Of a DNA stretch of 64,000 bases, positions 59,927-64,000 are shown piece by piece. The DNA comes from Takakia lepidozioides (Eukaryota > Plantae > Bryophyta), in contig CM060732.1 of assembly GCA_030704615.1 (NCBI GenBank), forward strand, positions 4,526,001 through 4,590,000, read 5' to 3'. The notes under the pieces are model-generated. The model saw only the letters and a list, made by a program, of their open reading frames with translations. It was not told the origin of the DNA and ran no database searches. A program made the translations under genes and the position numbers. Numbering within the stretch: position 1 is the stretch's first letter; the number at the start of each line of letters is the position of its first letter.

Positions 59927-62900
59927 TCAAAGAGAATCTGGTGGAGCCCTACGTGAGGTGTCTCGCTGCAGAAGGGTGATGACTTCTCCATAGCCTAGTG
60001 TGGCTTGGTGAATGAATTGGTCTCTCTTACCGTCGCAACACATAATTACAAGGTATATGTAATATTGATGCTTGCAGGGGACCCACTTCCCTCTCATGCC
60101 GAAAGCGCCCTCACGCATCGTTACAAAATCCGGACAAGTGCACGTAGGGAAATTCCCCACGGTAACCTGATATTCTTTGCCATGAAGAACTTAGCCAATA
60201 GACAACACTGTGTAAATCCGTCCATACCCCGGGGCAGGGACTTCGGTGATACGAGTCACCCGAGCCTGCAAAATTCTAGCCGATTCCATCTTGCAGTCGT
60301 GATCTGCACCCGAAGCGACACGGCGCACTATTTTTCCATCTCTTTTTGTTGGGTGGGAGTCGGCACCGGGTGGAGGCATTGCCGGAGCATGTGGCACATC
60401 TGTGCCCACAGTGCATGAGGGCACCACCCGGGAGTGTGCAAGACGGAACCCTCCCTCCTCCAGCATGCTTATCTCGGTTGATAACAACGACGTCCCAAGT
60501 TTCACAGGCCAAATTGCGGGGGGAGGGGGCTTCATTATCACCGAAGGATGAACTGTTCCCTTGACGCATCGTGCCATATCGTCTGGGCAGAACCAAAACT
60601 TGTGGTCCTTTGACTCCCCACTATGATAAGGTCGGAACAACCCTGTGAATGTTGGAGCTGGAGTCCCCCTGGAGCCTTTGCATATTTTTTATTTGCATTT
60701 CTTGAAAGAGGGGGTCCGAATTGCCATGCAAGCCACTCTAGATCCTGGTGGGGTGCGTTCTATATGCCACTCACTGTCAATGCAATCAGGTTCATGCACC
60801 AAGGACACCACCTCCTCCAATGGGATTCCTGCTGCTGTGCTTGCATGATCTGCACCTGCTCCACTGGAAGAGGACCCACCTGGGAAGGGGTGGGCACACG
60901 ACTTAGTCTGCACCGGAGACACCTTTGGTACAAAGAAATTGACCCTGTCCGGCCGATGGGAATCTCCATCCGACCCTGGAGGAGTGTTCAATTTCCTTTT
61001 GCATGATCCAAATCTTTCCTCACCTTCCAAATGGAGGACCCTGGATTGCAAAGGGGAGCCTCCAATGCACCACTTCAGAGCTCTGGCCATCTTCAATGGG
61101 TTTCCGGACCTACTCACAACCCTTAGCATCAACAAAGTTGTATCAGGGCCCTTGCCTCCGCCCCGTCCCATCAGAAAATTGCGGTACCTGGTTTGTTGTG
61201 TAAGTGCCCGCACCATGTCATCAGCAGTGGCCACATACAAGTCACGTCATGCTTTGGTAGACTGCTGCATCCAGGCGTTGTGAACAGTCTCCGCCAAATT
61301 ACAGGATGGCATGTCGGCCAAGTCCTCCAAGGACATGTCCTGCAGGAGGCATTGCATGCAAATGTGAGGAACGAAAGGAAATGGAAGAGGTTCTGCAAGT
61401 GATAATCCAACAACCCCAAACGAGCAGGCACGATGCAAAGTGAAATTTGTGTTTATGGGATTGAAGAGGCTTACCGTCGTCATGAAAGCTCCCAACTGTC
61501 TGTACCTGATGTGCCAGAAAACCAACCAGTCCTCCAACTCCTTCAGGTGGATACCAGTAGCAGCACCAGAGGAGAACCACCAAGCCCGGATTGCTTGGTA
61601 AGTGCTCTCAGCTTCTCCCATTGAGGTGGCATTTTTGTACTTGAGGCAGAGCCTTATGTGCTCCAACTGGAGGTCAGGGCGAATGCAACGCTTTGTATGA
61701 CGTGCCAGAGATTGACTCCAATGGAAGAGGCATGTGCGCTCCCTATTTTCCATTGGGACCTTAGGAGCCCCCGAACCAAACACACGCCGCACTACATTGA
61801 AATTTGCCTGTGCACTATCAGCCATGAAGCCCGCAAAATTTGTGTTCTGCATTCCATTGCGCTACATGACGGCCAGGAGCGAATTCCACATGAGCATCTG
61901 GGATTCAGTGTCCTCCGACTGCATATCACAAATTGCTATGGAGAGCACACGCTGGTATGCTGGATCGTACACATGGCACGCCATGGTTGTCCAACCCTTT
62001 ACCCGTTTGCAGTGATCAAACATTAACCAACATTTAGCCAAATCTCCTCCAGGTTACATTCGGCGGACTATGCTCACACCACTGCCTTCACCCACTGTGG
62101 ACATCTTGAACAAATACACCTTGGACGAGCCCTGGCCAGGGAAGATACTGTTTTGAATGAATTCATAGCGACTCCTCCGTTTGAGGTCCATAATGTTGTC
62201 CATGAATCCAGCACTGCTTGTGCCCATTCTGAGTGCATTCACCTGGTTTCAAATATTGGGAGAGCTCAACACGGAGAAATGGTCCATCACTGCATCAAGC
62301 GAATCTGCATCCAGCATTGGTTGTGTCGCATCCCCTTCACCCAATATGTGTTTTTCCAGGAATGCCTTGCTAGCTGCAAATGCTATAGCAGAAGGTGTTG
62401 CACAAGGGGCATTGTGGAACTCCTGCTTCAGTAGATTTCTAGCGATGTCCACGCTATCCCTGCAACTTCCTTTTGACATAGGATGCTCGTGTGTACCCAT
62501 ATGAATGCAAGCACGAGTCATTGTCTTGCATCGGTATGCCACCTGGTACATACTAGTGTGGCACACAGAAACACAGGACGAGGAAAGTTTGCAAAACATG
62601 CACACAAAAGTATTGGTCTTGGGAGGGGCAATCCCTGGGGTGAAAGGATCCAGGGGCACACCTTCCTACTCACTTTCATTTGGTTTAGCGCTATTTCTCA
62701 GGCGAGGGCAAGAAATATTCACGCACTTGCAATGCCCAACGCAAACCAACCTTCGAAATTTCAATCCAATGTCGTTGTGGATGTTCGATGTTTTTGTCCT
62801 GCACCAAGGGTGCCCGTCATGTTTCTTGTCCATGCCCTGCAGAAGCCCAGCTAGTCCACTGGAAGACGTGGAAGGGTTGAGCTCAAACAAGATGTCCCCA

Positions 62901-63496
62901 TCAAACTCTGCTGGCACATATTGAACCCGCTGCACCCGAAGGGACTCCCAATCAACAAAACGCAGCTCGCTCTTGCACCCAGGCACCCCGGCGAGGGCTT
63001 TCAATTTCGGAATGACACTCGTTATCTCCTGCAATTTGTCATCATCCAAGAATGGAGTTTGCACTGGCGGAGAGATCTCAAAAACATCCTCCGAGGACAA
63101 GTCTGAAAGAGTCATGAATGTGGTGGATATGCTCACCTCTTGTTTCACATGAACTGGGCCCTTCTGCTGCACGACCGATGCTGTAGTGCCAGGGGTAGGT
63201 ACTGATCCTGCTGATTGTCTTCTCTCTTTTCCAAGGACGCGGTATGTGCCTGGAAGGACTCTCCACTTCCTTCCACACTCGCCAACCAATGGTCTCTTCA
63301 AGTGCCCAGAATCCAAATTCCCATCCTCGTCATACACCTCCATTTGAACAAGCAGAGAACCCAATTCCAGAGGGAACACTATAACCAGCTCATCCTCATG
63401 AACAACTGCAAACCTATCGTCATCTGCAGTGGCAGTCAGTGGAAGACTACCTGCATTGGAATGAAATTGAGCGAGTCTATCTCCCTCCCTGGACAT
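59927..63496 (-). pseudogene. Mutator-like (MULE) transposase: GCM-like domain, DDE core and SWIM zinc finger; in-frame stops
   Basis: MDKKHDGHPWC...CVGHCKC; D1 FDHCKRVKGW, D2 FMADSAQA, CLFHW (CxxH), E NLAETVHNAW, SWIM CTCPDF...PCKH; intron near 61350-61472. Confidence 0.88.
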
Positions 63497-64000
63497 GTTT
63501 TCCTAAAGTGACCCAAAGTTGCGATCCACAAAGGGTCCCCTGAACTGATAGCCCGCAATTCCTGAAAGGGGATCCACCCCAAACGAACTGAGGTGAGTAA
63601 GGGTAGCACTGACCCAAAGACTACGGGTGATGCATTCAACGGACGTAAGAATGACATGCATGGCAAAAGTCTCCACCGAACTTCACAGTCTGCCACACTG
63701 GGAGATACCAACCAGAAAAACTGTTTTCAAAGACAAGAAGCCACAAGAAGCCGTGTTGTATTTGGATGAAAAGCAAACCCTCAACATGACATGAAACCAT
63801 CCATTATCGAAAGACGGCAATGACCCCGGAGACCAGTAAACAAGAAACCCCGAATCTAATGAGGTTGTGCTGTGTCAGAAGAGCACAGCACAAACACTGA
63901 CACTCCGGGGGACACCTCGCACGAATGTGTGCAACACATCACCATTGTCGACACAAACTTTTATACCGAATGACCGCATTGCGATGGTGATGGCAAAATG

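Overview
Eukaryotic plant nuclear DNA, inferred to be from a non-seed land plant, and dominated by nested, degenerate transposons. It holds one intact 6-exon host gene (21195-24519, minus; plastid-targeted membrane/CxxC protein with a GC-AG first intron) and PPR and OSB/PDF-motif gene remnants. Retroelements comprise four copies of a chromovirus-type Ty3/Gypsy family (three with 5-bp TSDs), several pieces of a non-chromovirus Ty3/Gypsy family with extra ORFs, an L1-like LINE and two other LINE fragments. A ~1-kb tandem repeat array lies at 12736-16529. The most striking region is 47.5-59 kb. An intron-containing, decayed gene joining a ParB/Srx-like domain (DGNHR) to a bacterial-type beta-class amino-DNA-methyltransferase fold sits head-to-head with a GCM-domain Mutator-like transposase. 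Between them is a ~30-copy array of a 22-bp palindrome (GGAAATGCGGYRCCGCATTTCC) at a strict 53-bp period. The same palindrome recurs in three introns and in a second array downstream of the gene. I propose, as inference, a transposon-encoded self-recognition and self-modification (anti-silencing) module. A second, diverged GCM-DDE-SWIM MULE follows at 59.9-63.5 kb. All family assignments are from motif recognition by eye; no searches were run.
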